The notes beneath the pieces were generated by a model. It saw only the letters and a program-made list of their open reading frames with translations, ran no database searches and was not told the origin of the DNA. This document shows positions 50,520-62,911 of a stretch of 64,000 bases of DNA, piece after piece. Location of the stretch: contig JAQTUE010000023.1 of NCBI GenBank assembly GCA_028710415.1, positions 29,468-93,467 on the forward strand. Reading direction: 5' to 3'. The translations under genes were made by a program, and so were the position numbers. The DNA comes from Paludibacter sp. GTDB taxonomy: Bacteria; Bacteroidota; Bacteroidia; Bacteroidales; Paludibacteraceae. How positions within the stretch are numbered: the stretch's first letter is position 1; the number at the start of each line of letters is the position of its first letter.

Positions 50520-51743
50520 ATGAAAAAAATAAAAGTAACCAATCCCGTAGTTGAACTGGACGGCGATGAGATGACACGTATCATATGGAAATTCATTAAA
50601 GAGCAACTGATAGTTCCTTACATGGACCTGGATATAAAATATTACGATTTAAGTATTGAAAACAGGGATTTAACGAATGATCAGGTGACCATTGATGCTG
50701 CCAATGCCATCAACAAATACAATGTAGGTATTAAATGTGCCACCATTACTCCTGATGAAGCCAGGGTTGAAGAATTCGGGTTGAAGAAAATGTGGAAATC
50801 GCCGAATGGAACAGTCCGGAACATTATCGGAGGAACCGTATTCCGCGAACCGATTATCATGAGCAATGTGCCACGTTACGTTCAGGGGTGGACAAAGCCT
50901 ATTGTAATCGGCCGTCATGCCTTTGGTGACCAATACAAGGCTACTGACACGGTGATTAAGGGCAAAGGAACACTTCGCATGACTTTCACCAACGAAGCCG
51001 GGGAAACCAAAAGCTGGGAAGTTTACAATTTTGAAGGGGATGGCGTGGCCATGGCCATGTACAATACCGATGAATCGATCTATGGCTTTGCCCGTTCTTC
51101 CTTTCAAATGGCATTAGAGAAAAAATGGCCATTGTACCTTTCCACTAAAAACACTATCCTGAAAGCTTATGATGGTAGGTTTAAAGACATATTCCAGGAA
51201 GTATACGAAAAAGAATTCAAAGCAAAACTTGATGAAGTTGGTGTAACTTACGAACACCGGTTGATTGATGACATGGTGGCTTCGTGCATGAAATGGAATG
51301 GTGGCTTTGTATGGGCCTGTAAGAATTACGATGGTGACGTACAATCCGACACCATTGCACAGGGCTTTGGTTCATTGGGATTAATGTCCTCGGTACTGAT
51401 TACCCCTGATGGCAAGACTGTGGAAGCTGAAGCAGCTCATGGTACTGTGACCCGCCACTACCGGATGCATCAACAAGGCAAGGAAACATCAACAAACCCG
51501 ATTGCTTCAATTTTTGCATGGACACGTGGATTGATGCACAGGGCCAAACTGGATAATAACGCAGCACTATTAAACTTCTGTGAAAAACTGGAAGAAGTTT
51601 GTATTGAAACGGTTGAATCAGGTAAAATGACCAAGGATCTGGCTGTACTGATTTATGGTGAGAAACTTACCAAGGAAAATTATCTGAGTACCGAAGGATT
51701 CCTGGCTGCACTAAAAGCAAATCTGGATGTAAAATTGGGATAA
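50520..51743 (+). CDS. icd: NADP-dependent isocitrate dehydrogenase
   Basis: [50 protein letters not shown]. Confidence 0.97.
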   Translation: MKKIKVTNPVVELDGDEMTRIIWKFIKEQLIVPYMDLDIKYYDLSIENRDLTNDQVTIDAANAINKYNVGIKCATITPDEARVEEFGLKKMWKSPNGTVRNIIGGTVFREPIIMSNVPRYVQGWTKPIVIGRHAFGDQYKATDTVIKGKGTLRMTFTNEAGETKSWEVYNFEGDGVAMAMYNTDESIYGFARSSFQMALEKKWPLYLSTKNTILKAYDGRFKDIFQEVYEKEFKAKLDEVGVTYEHRLIDDMVASCMKWNGGFVWACKNYDGDVQSDTIAQGFGSLGLMSSVLITPDGKTVEAEAAHGTVTRHYRMHQQGKETSTNPIASIFAWTRGLMHRAKLDNNAALLNFCEKLEEVCIETVESGKMTKDLAVLIYGEKLTKENYLSTEGFLAALKANLDVKLG

Positions 51744-51768
51744 AAGGATTTATTAAAATCATATATTG

Positions 51769-51802
51769 AATAGCTTGCTTTCTAATTTGAAAGCAAGCTA
51801 TT
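51769..51802 (+). terminator. Terminator hairpin after icd
   Basis: AATAGCTTGCTTTC...GAAAGCAAGCTATT. Confidence 0.75.
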
Positions 51803-51898
51803 AATTTGTTAACAAAAAAGCAAGGTTTTATAAAAAATATGTTTATATTTGGGCTCGAAATAAATCATATCATTTATCTATATTCCAAACTACATTCT

Positions 51899-53784
51899 AT
51901 GAGAAAGTTTAAATTATTTCTACTCTTAGCAGTGAGCCTGCCTATGCTGGCACAAGAAAAAAACATGTTGGTTTTAAAAACAGATGTATCCGAAGCAACC
52001 GTATTTATTAATGGAGCTCAGGTTATCAGGAAAAAATCAGTTGATTTACTTCCGGGAAATTCAACAATTAAATTTTCCAACCTATCACCTTACATTGATG
52101 GCAAGAGTGTTCAATTAAAAGTGAATGGCCAGTAATGGTACTTTCGGTAAACCATCAGTTGAATTTTACCGACAGTATGAAACAATCGAATGAACTCAAC
52201 AAACTGGAATCACAACTTGAAATAATAAACAATAAGATAGAAATTGAAAATACCAACCTGGATGTACTCAAGGAAGAACTTGCTTTTTTAAATAATAACA
52301 GGAGCATGGGTGGAACAACCCAGGGAATAAATCTCACCACTCTAAAAGAAGCAGCACTATACTATCATGAACGGATAGCGGCACTTAAATTTAAAGAGAT
52401 TGATGCAAATAAGTCAATTGAGAAACTGAACAAGGAGAAAAATGCCTTAGAACAACAGGAAAAGACATTAGGGAAGGTGAAAAACACACCAACTGGCGAA
52501 GTGATTGTGAAGGTAGAAAGTAAAACAGCCGTAAAATGTGATATGGAATTATCCTATTTTGTAAACAATGCCGGTTGGTATCCATCCTATGACATTCGTG
52601 CAAATACAATTGAAGATCCTATCGAGTTGGTGTACAAAGCAAACATCCATCAAAACACAAAGGAAGAATGGAAAAACGTAAAACTTAGAATTTCTTCTGC
52701 AAATCCAAATGTTGGTAATGTAGCTCCTCAACTGCAAACTTATTTGCTCAATTATTATACAAAACCACCAAAATATGATGGTTCGACTTCATCAAATCAG
52801 GTTATTGGAAAGGTATATGACAGTAAAACGTATGAGCCGCTTCCCGGGGTGAGTATCGTGATCAAGGGAACTACCATTGGGACTATCAGCAATGTTGATG
52901 GTGGCTTTACACTTTCGATTCCTAATGGAGGAGGCCAGCTGGAAATATCCTATATCGGTTATGAAAAACAAGTGCTTCCAATATCAAATTCTCAAATGAA
53001 TATTTATTTGAAAGAGGATCAAAAGCAGTTGGAGGAAGTTGTAGTCGTTGGATATGGAACAAATAAATTAGAAAATCAATTAGCAGGAAGGGTATCCGGA
53101 ATTTCAATACGAGGAACTTCAAGCCTGAATGCTAAAAAGGAATATACTCCACTTCCAACCAATCAAATTGAAAACCAAACAACTGTAGAATTTGAAATTA
53201 AAACTCCCTATTCAGTAAGTTCGGACAATAAGAATATCACTGTTGAGGTTGAAAGGTATAATCTGCCTGCTTATTATGAGTATTATTGCGTACCTAAAGT
53301 TGATAATGATGCCTTTTTATTAGCCAACATTGTAGATTGGGAAAAATACAATCTATTGGAAGGTGAAGCGAATATATTCTTTGAAAATACGTTTATTGGA
53401 AAAACTATATTGGATGTGAGGTATACATCGGACACATTAAGCCTCTCATTGGGAAGAGATAAAAACGTACAGGTAACCAGGGAGAAAGTGAAAGATAGTC
53501 TTAAAAAGCAGTTCTTCGGGAGTAAAAAGGAAGAAACAAGATCCTGGAAAATAACAGTTAAGAATAACAAGAAACAACCTATAAACTTTGTATTATTAGA
53601 TCAGATTCCGGTTTCAACCCTGGAAGAAATTGAGGTAATACCAGAGAATTTATCGGGTGTTACTTTATCCAAAGACAAAGGTGAAGTGAAATGGAGATTT
53701 TCTATGAAACCAGCTGCCAAAAATGAACTGGAATTAAAATACAAGGTCAAATATCCGAAAGAGCGGACATTATCAATTGAATAG
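51899..53784 (+). pseudogene. DUF4140/DUF4139 (TIGR02231-like) exported protein with an internal carboxypeptidase-regulatory-like domain, split by a 1-bp frameshift near 52131
   Basis: The N-part (signal peptide, ATVFINGAQVIR) stops at KVNGQ* and continues in another frame as VMVLSVNHQ...AGWYPSYDIR...EPLPGVSIVIKGT...LEEVVVVGYG. Confidence 0.8.
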
Positions 53785-53816
53785 AAGTTGATTCTTTCAA
53801 ATACTTGCCCAATATT

Positions 53817-53901
53817 AAAGTGCCTGTTTCTATTGGAACAGGCACTTTTTTAGGTCTTACCATTATATGCAAAAAAGAAGCAACCTGTTAGGATTGCTTC
53901 G
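53817..53901. terminator. Two terminator hairpins between convergent genes
   Basis: AAAGTGCCTGTTTC..GGAACAGGCACTTT(TTT) and GAAGCAACCT..AGGATTGCTTC. Confidence 0.75.
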
Positions 53902-53936
53902 TATTCTAAATTTAAGAAATCGTACTATCGTTCCGA

Positions 53937-54800
53937 TTAACCTAAAAATCCTTTTAATAATTTGCTCTTAGCATTTGGCCTTAATTTACGTATTGCCTTT
54001 TCCTTGATCTGACGTACACGTTCACGGGTTAAACCGAATTCATCACCGATCTCTTCGAGGGTCATTTCAGTTACACCAATACCAAAGAATTTCTTTACGA
54101 TATCACGTTCCCTGTCGGACAATGTGAAAGCCAGGACACGCTCTATTTCCTTGGAGAGTGATTCATTGATCAACACACGATCTGCATTCGGAGAATCATC
54201 ATTAATCATTACATCCAACAAGCTGTTATCCTCACCTTCCACAAATGGGGCATCAACCGAAATGTGTCGGCCTGATACTTTCATGGTGTCGGCAATTTTA
54301 TCAACCGGGATATCCAACACTTCTGCCAATTCTTCGGGAGACGGACGACGTTCGTTTTCCTGTTCGAATTTGGAGAAAGCTTTGTTGATTTTGTTTAATG
54401 ATCCAACCTGATTCAACGGCAAACGGACAATACGGGATTGCTCAGCCAACGCCTGCAAAATTGATTGTCGAATCCACCACACGGCATACGAAATAAACTT
54501 AAATCCACGTGTTTCGTCAAATTTCTCGGCTGCTTTAATCAGACCAAGGTTGCCTTCATTTATCAAGTCGGGTAGACTGAGGCCCTGATTTTGGTACTGT
54601 TTTGCAACGGATACTACGAAACGTAAGTTCGCACGTGTAAGTTTTTCCAACGCCAACCGATCACCGCCCCGTATACGTTGAGCTAACTCAACTTCTTCTT
54701 CGACTGTGATAAGATCTTCCCGTCCTATCTCTTGCAAATACTTGTCAAGAGAAGCACTTTCACGATTCGTGATTGATTTTGTTATTTTTAATTGTCTCAT
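53937..54800 (-). CDS. rpoD: Primary sigma-70 factor, Bacteroidetes type
   Basis: [57 protein letters not shown]; lacks region 1.1. Confidence 0.96.
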   Translation of the reverse strand: MRQLKITKSITNRESASLDKYLQEIGREDLITVEEEVELAQRIRGGDRLALEKLTRANLRFVVSVAKQYQNQGLSLPDLINEGNLGLIKAAEKFDETRGFKFISYAVWWIRQSILQALAEQSRIVRLPLNQVGSLNKINKAFSKFEQENERRPSPEELAEVLDIPVDKIADTMKVSGRHISVDAPFVEGEDNSLLDVMINDDSPNADRVLINESLSKEIERVLAFTLSDRERDIVKKFFGIGVTEMTLEEIGDEFGLTRERVRQIKEKAIRKLRPNAKSKLLKGFLG

Positions 54801-55051
54801 TTAATGAATGAAAATTAGCTTGCAAAAGTAGTTCTTTTTTTCGAGTATACAAAACGAAAAAATCAAAAAGTATTGCAATGTTTGTTTCTATCGTAACAAA
54901 TTATCTGTTAGTATGTTTACGGAATGGGCTTTGTTTACCTAAATAGTGCTCAAATTTACAAAATTAAACACCTCTTTTGTAAATCAGGATGATTTACTCT
55001 TTTATCATTAACGCAAATAAATTGAAATTGTTTTCAATTGTTGATAAAATC

Positions 55052-55089
55052 AGAAGAACAAACCCAAGTGTGGCTGGGCTTGTTCTTCT
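55052..55089 (-). terminator. Terminator hairpin downstream of degP
   Basis: AGAAGAACAAACCCA...TGGGCTTGTTCTTCT. Confidence 0.65.
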
Positions 55090-55118
55090 ATAAATCTGTT
55101 TAAATCGATCGTTTTAAC

Positions 55119-56627
55119 TTATTCAGCAAGATTAATGGCAAAATAAGTAATCTTTCCATTCGGATACATACCGGCTATTAACAACACTTTTTCCTGGCTT
55201 CCATTATTAAGTGCTTCATTATAGGCATCCTGAACATCAGAAACAGTTCGAATTGGCTGATTATTTATCTTCAGAATAATAAATCCGGGCTTTACTCCCT
55301 GATCTGCCAGCTTCCCTTTGGAAAGGGTCTTTACTTCTACCCCGTAGTCAACACCTAATTGCTGTTTGGTTTTATCGTTTATTTCTTTGAAAGTACCACC
55401 GAGCACTTCATCACCTGTTTGAGCGGTAACTACACCAAAATTACCCTGCCGGTTCTTTAACTCAACATTTAGTTTTTGTTCTTTATTATCGCGAAGGATG
55501 GTGATCGTGATTTTATCACCGGGACGGTAACGTCCTATTTGTTCTTGTAGTTCAGAAACGGATTTTACCTCGACACCATTCACGTTATTGATTATGTCAC
55601 CTTCCTTAACACCTGCTTTTTTAGCAGCACTTTCATCACCGACTTTGCCTACAAAAGCACCTTCCAGTGTTTTAAGATTCTTTTCTTTGGCAAGGTCACT
55701 GGTAATATCTTTAATTTCAATGCCTAATACAGCACGTTGAACCACAGTATATTTACGAAGATCAGCCACAACTTTTTGTACAATACTAGCAGGTATGGCA
55801 AAAGCATATCCTGCATACGACCCGGTCTGGGAAGCAATAGCTGTATTAATACCTACCAATTCACCACGGGTATTCACCAAAGCACCTCCACTATTACCAG
55901 GGTTTACTGCTGCATCCGTTTGAATGAAAGATTCAATTTTCATTTGTGAATTAATAATGTTGATATTTCTGGCTTTAGCACTTACAATGCCAGCAGTTAC
56001 AGTAGAAGTCAGATTAAATGGATTCCCGACAGCCAATACCCACTCTCCCACTTTCAACGAATCTGAATTACCAAAGATAATAACCGGCAAATCCTTTGCA
56101 TCGATTTTAATCAATGCAATATCAGTATTGGGATCTGTTCCAATTACCTTTGCCTTAAAAGTCCGTTTGTCATTCAGGGTCACTTCAATTTCAGAGGAAC
56201 CATCCACCACATGATTGTTCGTGACAATGTACCCATCGTTCGAGATTATCACACCCGAACCGGAAGCTTCCTGCATTGGCATTTCCCTTTGTTGATTTGG
56301 ATTTTGCTTTGGAACTCCAAAAAAGTACTGGAAGAAAGGATCATTTGGAAATCCCTCCATCTGTTGGGACCTCACCGGCGTTTTGGTTTTCACATGAACT
56401 ACGGCATGTACTGTCAATTCTGCAGCAACAGTAAAATCTGTCTCCATGGCATTACCGGCATGTGCAAATTTGGCATATCCTACCGGAAGTTGATTTCCCT
56501 GAAAGTTCGAACTTTCATGATTGTGTGAAATTAGATTGGTGGTCAAATTTGTAGCCACACTCACTGCTACGACCAGTACGAAAAAACCGAGTGTCCTCAT
56601 TCGCTTTGATTCATTCATAATTTTCAT
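55119..56627 (-). CDS. degP: HtrA/DegP (Do-family) serine protease
   Basis: VTNNHVV, DIALIKI, QTDAAVNPGNSGGAL and two PDZ domains. Confidence 0.95.
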   Translation of the reverse strand: MKIMNESKRMRTLGFFVLVVAVSVATNLTTNLISHNHESSNFQGNQLPVGYAKFAHAGNAMETDFTVAAELTVHAVVHVKTKTPVRSQQMEGFPNDPFFQYFFGVPKQNPNQQREMPMQEASGSGVIISNDGYIVTNNHVVDGSSEIEVTLNDKRTFKAKVIGTDPNTDIALIKIDAKDLPVIIFGNSDSLKVGEWVLAVGNPFNLTSTVTAGIVSAKARNINIINSQMKIESFIQTDAAVNPGNSGGALVNTRGELVGINTAIASQTGSYAGYAFAIPASIVQKVVADLRKYTVVQRAVLGIEIKDITSDLAKEKNLKTLEGAFVGKVGDESAAKKAGVKEGDIINNVNGVEVKSVSELQEQIGRYRPGDKITITILRDNKEQKLNVELKNRQGNFGVVTAQTGDEVLGGTFKEINDKTKQQLGVDYGVEVKTLSKGKLADQGVKPGFIILKINNQPIRTVSDVQDAYNEALNNGSQEKVLLIAGMYPNGKITYFAINLAE

Positions 56628-56823
56628 AATTGTATAATTAATATTGGTTGATTATTTATATTGACTATCTGAAATTATTTCACGTCGCGAAAATATACAA
56701 AAGGTGTGCCGTCAAGTATAAGCCTGTTAGATATTTGTCTAAATTTAACACAGACTTTTTTGAGCTTAACGCGTATTAACGAATCATTTTTACTTGGTTA
56801 AAAAGAGTTGAATAACTTCCAAT

Positions 56824-56855
56824 AAAAAAAGCCATCCTTGTCAGATGGCTTCTTT
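56824..56855 (-). terminator. Terminator after eno
   Basis: A-run followed by GCCATC-cttgtca-GATGGC on the plus strand. Confidence 0.75.
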
Positions 56856-56906
56856 ATATCGTACAGAAAAAACGTCAGTTTCAACATTTACTTCTGACAG
56901 AATTTC

Positions 56907-58190
<1,284 letters not shown>

Positions 58191-58345
58191 TTACGTATTT
58201 AATATACATTTTTAATTATTGATTTATTATATTATTAACGCTCTATTACGAAAATTGTTCGTCCGATTGAACTAAAAGAGAGCAGGATAGTTTCATATAA
58301 AAAAGTAGTATATTTGCAATAAGTAAAAAAGTTAAAAAAGAGTGT

Positions 58346-59113
58346 ATGAAAAAAGTCATTTTAGTAGCAATCGTCTCCCTTATCCTTTCTTCCTGTGCTG
58401 AATTACAACAGGTAGCCTCACAGTTATCATCGGCATTACCGGCCGGTTCTTCCGGAGTGACAAATGCCGAAAACATTTCGGGCCTTAAAAGTTCACTAAA
58501 TGTAGGAATTGAGAAAGCGGTTTCAAACCTGGGAGTAGAAAATGGATTTTATCAGAATGCAGCTTTAAAAATCCTGATGCCAAAAGAAGCACAACCTATT
58601 ATCGATAATGTCAGGTTAATTCCCGGAGGACAGGCATTGGTAGATAAAGCGGTGCTTTCGCTCAACCGTACTGCGGAAGATGCTGTAAAGGAAGCTACCC
58701 CTATTTTCAGATCGGCCATTTCTTCGATGAGCATTACGGATGCGGTAGGTATATTATTTGGAAAGGAGAATGCTGCCACAGAGTATTTGCGTCAAAACAC
58801 GTATTCTCAACTAAAAGCTGCCTTTGCACCAAAAGTAAAGGAATCTTTGGGGAAACCATTGGTTGCAAATATATCAACAACCCGAACCTGGAATTCACTA
58901 ACTTCCGCTTATAATTCGGTAGCTTCCGGCACTATTGGCTCAATTGCCGGATTAAAAACGGTTAATGTGAATCTGGAAGAGTATGTCACTGAAAAAGCCC
59001 TGGACGCTTTGTTTGTGAAAGTGGCTGCCGAAGAAAAAGCAATACGGACTAACCCTGTAGCACGGGTGAATGATTTATTGAAAAAGGTATTTGGGCAGTT
59101 GGATAAAAAATAA
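58346..59113 (+). CDS. DUF4197-like lipoprotein
   Basis: Lipobox LSSC, LNRTAEDA, AATEYLR, ALDALF...EEKAIRTNP. Confidence 0.88.
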   Translation: MKKVILVAIVSLILSSCAELQQVASQLSSALPAGSSGVTNAENISGLKSSLNVGIEKAVSNLGVENGFYQNAALKILMPKEAQPIIDNVRLIPGGQALVDKAVLSLNRTAEDAVKEATPIFRSAISSMSITDAVGILFGKENAATEYLRQNTYSQLKAAFAPKVKESLGKPLVANISTTRTWNSLTSAYNSVASGTIGSIAGLKTVNVNLEEYVTEKALDALFVKVAAEEKAIRTNPVARVNDLLKKVFGQLDKK

Positions 59114-59220
59114 TAAATTACAACAATGAATGATCCCTTAAATATTGCAACGTATTATACTATAGGAGGGATCATACAAAAACATACAGATGACTTTTAT
59201 CCAAGAGTGCACTTCTTAGT

Positions 59221-59418
59221 ACCTAACCCGGACAAGCCAGAATTAAGATTGGAACGCGGATGGTACATTCCGGTTTTCGGAATATACGCTGATTTGGCGG
59301 ATTTAAAACGGATCAGAAAAATACTGCGTATTTTGATTTTAAGACCTTACATAGACTCGCGTGAATAAAATAGTGAGAAATAAATAATCCAATATTGTGC
59401 CAAAAAAAGCACGAAATT
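59221..59418 (+). repeat. Dispersed non-coding repeat (ACCTAACCCGGACAAGCCAGAAT family), copy 2
   Basis: Matches 18304-18480; a partial third copy lies at 59968-60110. Confidence 0.85.
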
Positions 59419-59540
59419 GAGAGCTAAGATACTAATTTTAAAACTCTGTTATACACTATACTGATTAACAAATAGAAATAAGTTGGAGTTTTTTTTTACT
59501 TGGTATTAAATTGAAATCTTTGACTTTCTGTTTGGTAAGA

Positions 59541-59622
59541 TTATCGACCCGCTCGCTCCTGCCATTATCCACCCGCTCGCTCCTGCTAAGAATAAGAGTG
59601 TTAGCGAGCGGGTCGTTGATAA
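59541..59622. repeat. Direct plus inverted ACCCGCTCGCT repeats (REP-like)
   Basis: TTATC[GC]ACCCGCTCGCTCCTGC twice at a 24-bp period, then inverted AGCGAGCGGGT. Confidence 0.75.
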
Positions 59623-59668
59623 CTACAAACTTTTCAAATGAAGTATTAGACATCCCGATTTTTCTGGA

Positions 59669-59758
59669 CTCTTCAAACTCTTCAAACTCTTCAAACCTTT
59701 CAAACACTTCAAACACTTCAAACTCTTCAAACCTTTCAAACACTTCAAACTCTTCAAA
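59669..59758 (+). repeat. Tandem 9-mer array, 10 units of CTCTTCAAA/CCTTTCAAA/CACTTCAAA
   Basis: Counted directly; reverse complement resembles the 50363 array. Confidence 0.92.
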
Positions 59759-59771
59759 CACGGAACGGGAT

Positions 59772-59955
59772 GATAATACCATGATAATGCCATGATGATA
59801 CACTGGTTTCGTATGAGATAAGCGGTAGTTACGCGGTATATACGCATATAACCCGTACCCATAAAAAGGAGCGTATTATATGCGTAACTACCGCATAAGG
59901 TTACGAAAACACCAAAAGAATACCGGTATCATCATGGTATTATCATGGCATTATC
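59772..59955. repeat. Nested-palindrome element, copy C
   Basis: Outer arms 59772-59801 and 59926-59955; inner GCGGTAGTTACGC and GCGTAACTACCGC. Confidence 0.8.
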
Positions 59956-60373
59956 CAGCTATTCCCTACCTGGACAAAATGGAATTAAGATTTGATACGG
60001 ATGGCACATTCCGGTTAACGGAAGAAACACTGATCAGTCGGATGGCACATTTCGGTTTTACGAAACAAAAAACCGGAAAAGAAAATACTTCGTATTCTGA
60101 TTTTAGGATTTGGCATTGACTCCTATGAGTAAAACAGTTAGAAATAAATTTTGTAAGAGTACACTTTGAATATGTTGGTAATAATTTAAAAAATTCAATT
60201 GCCTTCCTAAATCGTTTTAGAGACAAAATTATTTATATTATATACCCGAAAGGGTATAGTTATTGTAGATATTTATCCAACAATTATCCATCAATTATTA
60301 GATTTGATTTTGAATGTATAAAAAGAGAGGAATAATTAGAACTAAAATATAATTTTGAGATATTGAAAATTAA

Positions 60374-62860
60374 TTAATCAAATTCTACCACCGTTATTCC
60401 TGCTCCCCCAAAATTGATATGTTCATCATGGAAGGTCCTCACCCCATGGACTGTTCCCAGATACTGACGGGTCATTTGACGCAATGCTCCGGTCCCTGTT
60501 CCATGGAGGATACGGACTGAAGCAACTCCAACCATAACGGCATCGTCAATAAAATACATGACTGCCTGCATAGCTTCATCACCCCGCATACCCCGGATAT
60601 CAATCTCGGAACTGAAAGTAAGTTTTCGTTGCCTCACTTCATCGGTGCTGGTGCTGCCAAGTGATTCAAATTTGCGGGCTTCCTTCTTAATTTGATTGTT
60701 GCTGATAGGTTCCAGTTTGGCAAGTTTGACTGTTGATTTCATATTCCCAAACGATACCAATGCCTGTTTATCCTGCATTTCGATGATGGTACCCACTGCC
60801 AGTTGACCCTTCAACCGGACTGTACTTCCAGTCTTAAACGTTCCGTGTTCTGCGTTCCGTGTTCCGCGTTCTGCGTTCCTATTTTCGGGATTGTTAGTTT
60901 CAGATGGTTTCTTTTTTAGTACTATTCTCGAATTCGCAGTCTTCAAGTCCCCTTTAGGGGATTTAGGGGTTTCCTCTCTTATACTTTCCTTAAACTCTTC
61001 CAACTCCTTCCTGGCCGAACGTGTCTTTTCCTTTTCAGCATCAGCCTCTTTAATCTGGCGGATGGTATTTTCTATTTTGGCATTCGCATCGGACAATAGG
61101 TTTTTAGCTTCGTCTTTCGCTTTATTTGTAATTTCCTTACGCTGCTTGTCAATGGAAGCTATTTCTGTTTCATATTTTTCCAGCATTTCTTCCAACCGTT
61201 TTTCTTTCTGGCGGATCACCTGGCGTTTATTTTCCCAGTAACGCTTATCCCTGACAATATCCTGCAGGTGTTTATCGTAATCGAGATGCTCGGCTCCTAC
61301 TTTTTCAGCAGCTTCTGCAATCAAATCTTCTGGGAGTCCTATTTTACGGGCTATCTCAATGGCAAATGAACTGCCCGGATTACCGATATTCAACTGAAAC
61401 AGGGGTTGTAAATGCTGGCGGTCATACAGCATGGCGCCGTTTACAATTCCCTCGGCATCTTCTGCAAAATGTTTCAGATTGGTATAGTGTGTGGTGATGA
61501 CTCCAAAAGCCAGGTTGCGGTTGAAGCGCTCTAACGAGGCTTCTGCTATTGCACCACCAATCAGAGGTTCTGTTCCTGTCCCGAATTCATCAATCAGCAA
61601 CAGCGTCTTGGGGTTGCTGTTTTTGATAAAGAACTTCATATTCAGCAAATGCGAACTGTAGGTAGAAAGATCATTTTCTATGGATTGTTCATCCCCAATA
61701 TCAATAAACAAACGGTCAAAAATCCCTGCCCGGCTACTGTCATGAAGCGGCACCAGCAACCCGCACTGTATCATATATTGCAATAGTACCACTGTTTTCA
61801 GGCATACTGACTTTCCGCCTGCATTTGGTCCTGAGATAAGCAATATCCGTTGTTTTTCATTCAGAACAATATCCAGCGGTACAATTTCTTTTCCCTGTTT
61901 TTTTAGCGAAAGGAATAAGAGCGGGTGGACTGCCTTTGCCCATTCCAGCTGGCACATGTCATCAATACGGGGTTTAATAGCCTTGATCTCGATGGCAAAA
62001 AGAGCTTTGGCACGCAGAAAATCGATCATGCCCAGAAAGTATTGTGATGCAAATATCTCTTCGGAATGTGGACGTACATAATTGGTAAACTCGAGCAATA
62101 TGCGCATGATTTCACGTCGCTCCTCCCCTTCCAGTTCACGCAGTCGGTTATTGGCTTCCACTACCTGGGTCGGTTCAATAAATACCGTTTTCCCTGTTGC
62201 CGATTCATCATGCACGATTCCTTTTACCTTTCGTTTAAATGCAGGCGATACCGGGATTACCAACCGTCCCTCACGCATGGTGGGTGCCACATCTTTTTCA
62301 ACATACCCATCCGTTTGTGCCTGCCTTAAAATGGCATTAAGCGTGCGGGAAATGCTGCTTTGCACCTGGAAAGTGTCTTTCCTGATCCTGGACAGTTCGG
62401 AGGATGCATTGTCTTTTATCTTGCCAAACTTATTCAGGATTGCATCAATGCGTTGGATGATAACCGGGAAAGTATCAACCCCCACCACCAGTTCGTGCAA
62501 ATGAGGATAAACCTCTGCCTCATGCTTGGTGAGAAATGCAACCAACCTACGCACAGCTTCCAGAGCCCGGCGTAAATCGAACACTTCCAGTTCATCCAGG
62601 AACAGCCCTTCAATACGTACACGTGATAAGGCAGGACGTACATCATAAAAGTCACCAATGGGTAATTCATCTGCGTCGGAAGTCAACACCTGCAGCATTT
62701 CATCGGTTTGGCTTACTAATCGTATGATTTCTGAATAGTCTGATGAAAACCTGATTTCCTCAACCTTTTCTTCACCCAACGTACTCACGCACTTGCCTTT
62801 CAACAACTCGCGAATGGTAATGAAATCTATCTTCTGTTCGAAATGTTCTGGATAAAGCAT
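60374..62860 (-). CDS. mutS2: MutS2 (Smr-domain) protein
   Basis: GIVHDESATGKT, ISGPNAGGKS, DIGDEQSIENDLSTYSSH, LLLIDEFGTGTEP, IDIRGMR...ILHGTGTG. Confidence 0.95.
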   Translation of the reverse strand: MLYPEHFEQKIDFITIRELLKGKCVSTLGEEKVEEIRFSSDYSEIIRLVSQTDEMLQVLTSDADELPIGDFYDVRPALSRVRIEGLFLDELEVFDLRRALEAVRRLVAFLTKHEAEVYPHLHELVVGVDTFPVIIQRIDAILNKFGKIKDNASSELSRIRKDTFQVQSSISRTLNAILRQAQTDGYVEKDVAPTMREGRLVIPVSPAFKRKVKGIVHDESATGKTVFIEPTQVVEANNRLRELEGEERREIMRILLEFTNYVRPHSEEIFASQYFLGMIDFLRAKALFAIEIKAIKPRIDDMCQLEWAKAVHPLLFLSLKKQGKEIVPLDIVLNEKQRILLISGPNAGGKSVCLKTVVLLQYMIQCGLLVPLHDSSRAGIFDRLFIDIGDEQSIENDLSTYSSHLLNMKFFIKNSNPKTLLLIDEFGTGTEPLIGGAIAEASLERFNRNLAFGVITTHYTNLKHFAEDAEGIVNGAMLYDRQHLQPLFQLNIGNPGSSFAIEIARKIGLPEDLIAEAAEKVGAEHLDYDKHLQDIVRDKRYWENKRQVIRQKEKRLEEMLEKYETEIASIDKQRKEITNKAKDEAKNLLSDANAKIENTIRQIKEADAEKEKTRSARKELEEFKESIREETPKSPKGDLKTANSRIVLKKKPSETNNPENRNAERGTRNAEHGTFKTGSTVRLKGQLAVGTIIEMQDKQALVSFGNMKSTVKLAKLEPISNNQIKKEARKFESLGSTSTDEVRQRKLTFSSEIDIRGMRGDEAMQAVMYFIDDAVMVGVASVRILHGTGTGALRQMTRQYLGTVHGVRTFHDEHINFGGAGITVVEFD

Positions 62861-62911
62861 TAATTAATATTCTATAATTTTGGGGTTAAAAAGTTTACTT
62901 CTTTGAAATTG

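Noticed and set aside
59126-60226. Several 79-112-aa ORFs (FEEFEV, SNSSN and LKSLKC repeats)
   Set aside because: They overlap on both strands and read through tandem and palindromic repeats.
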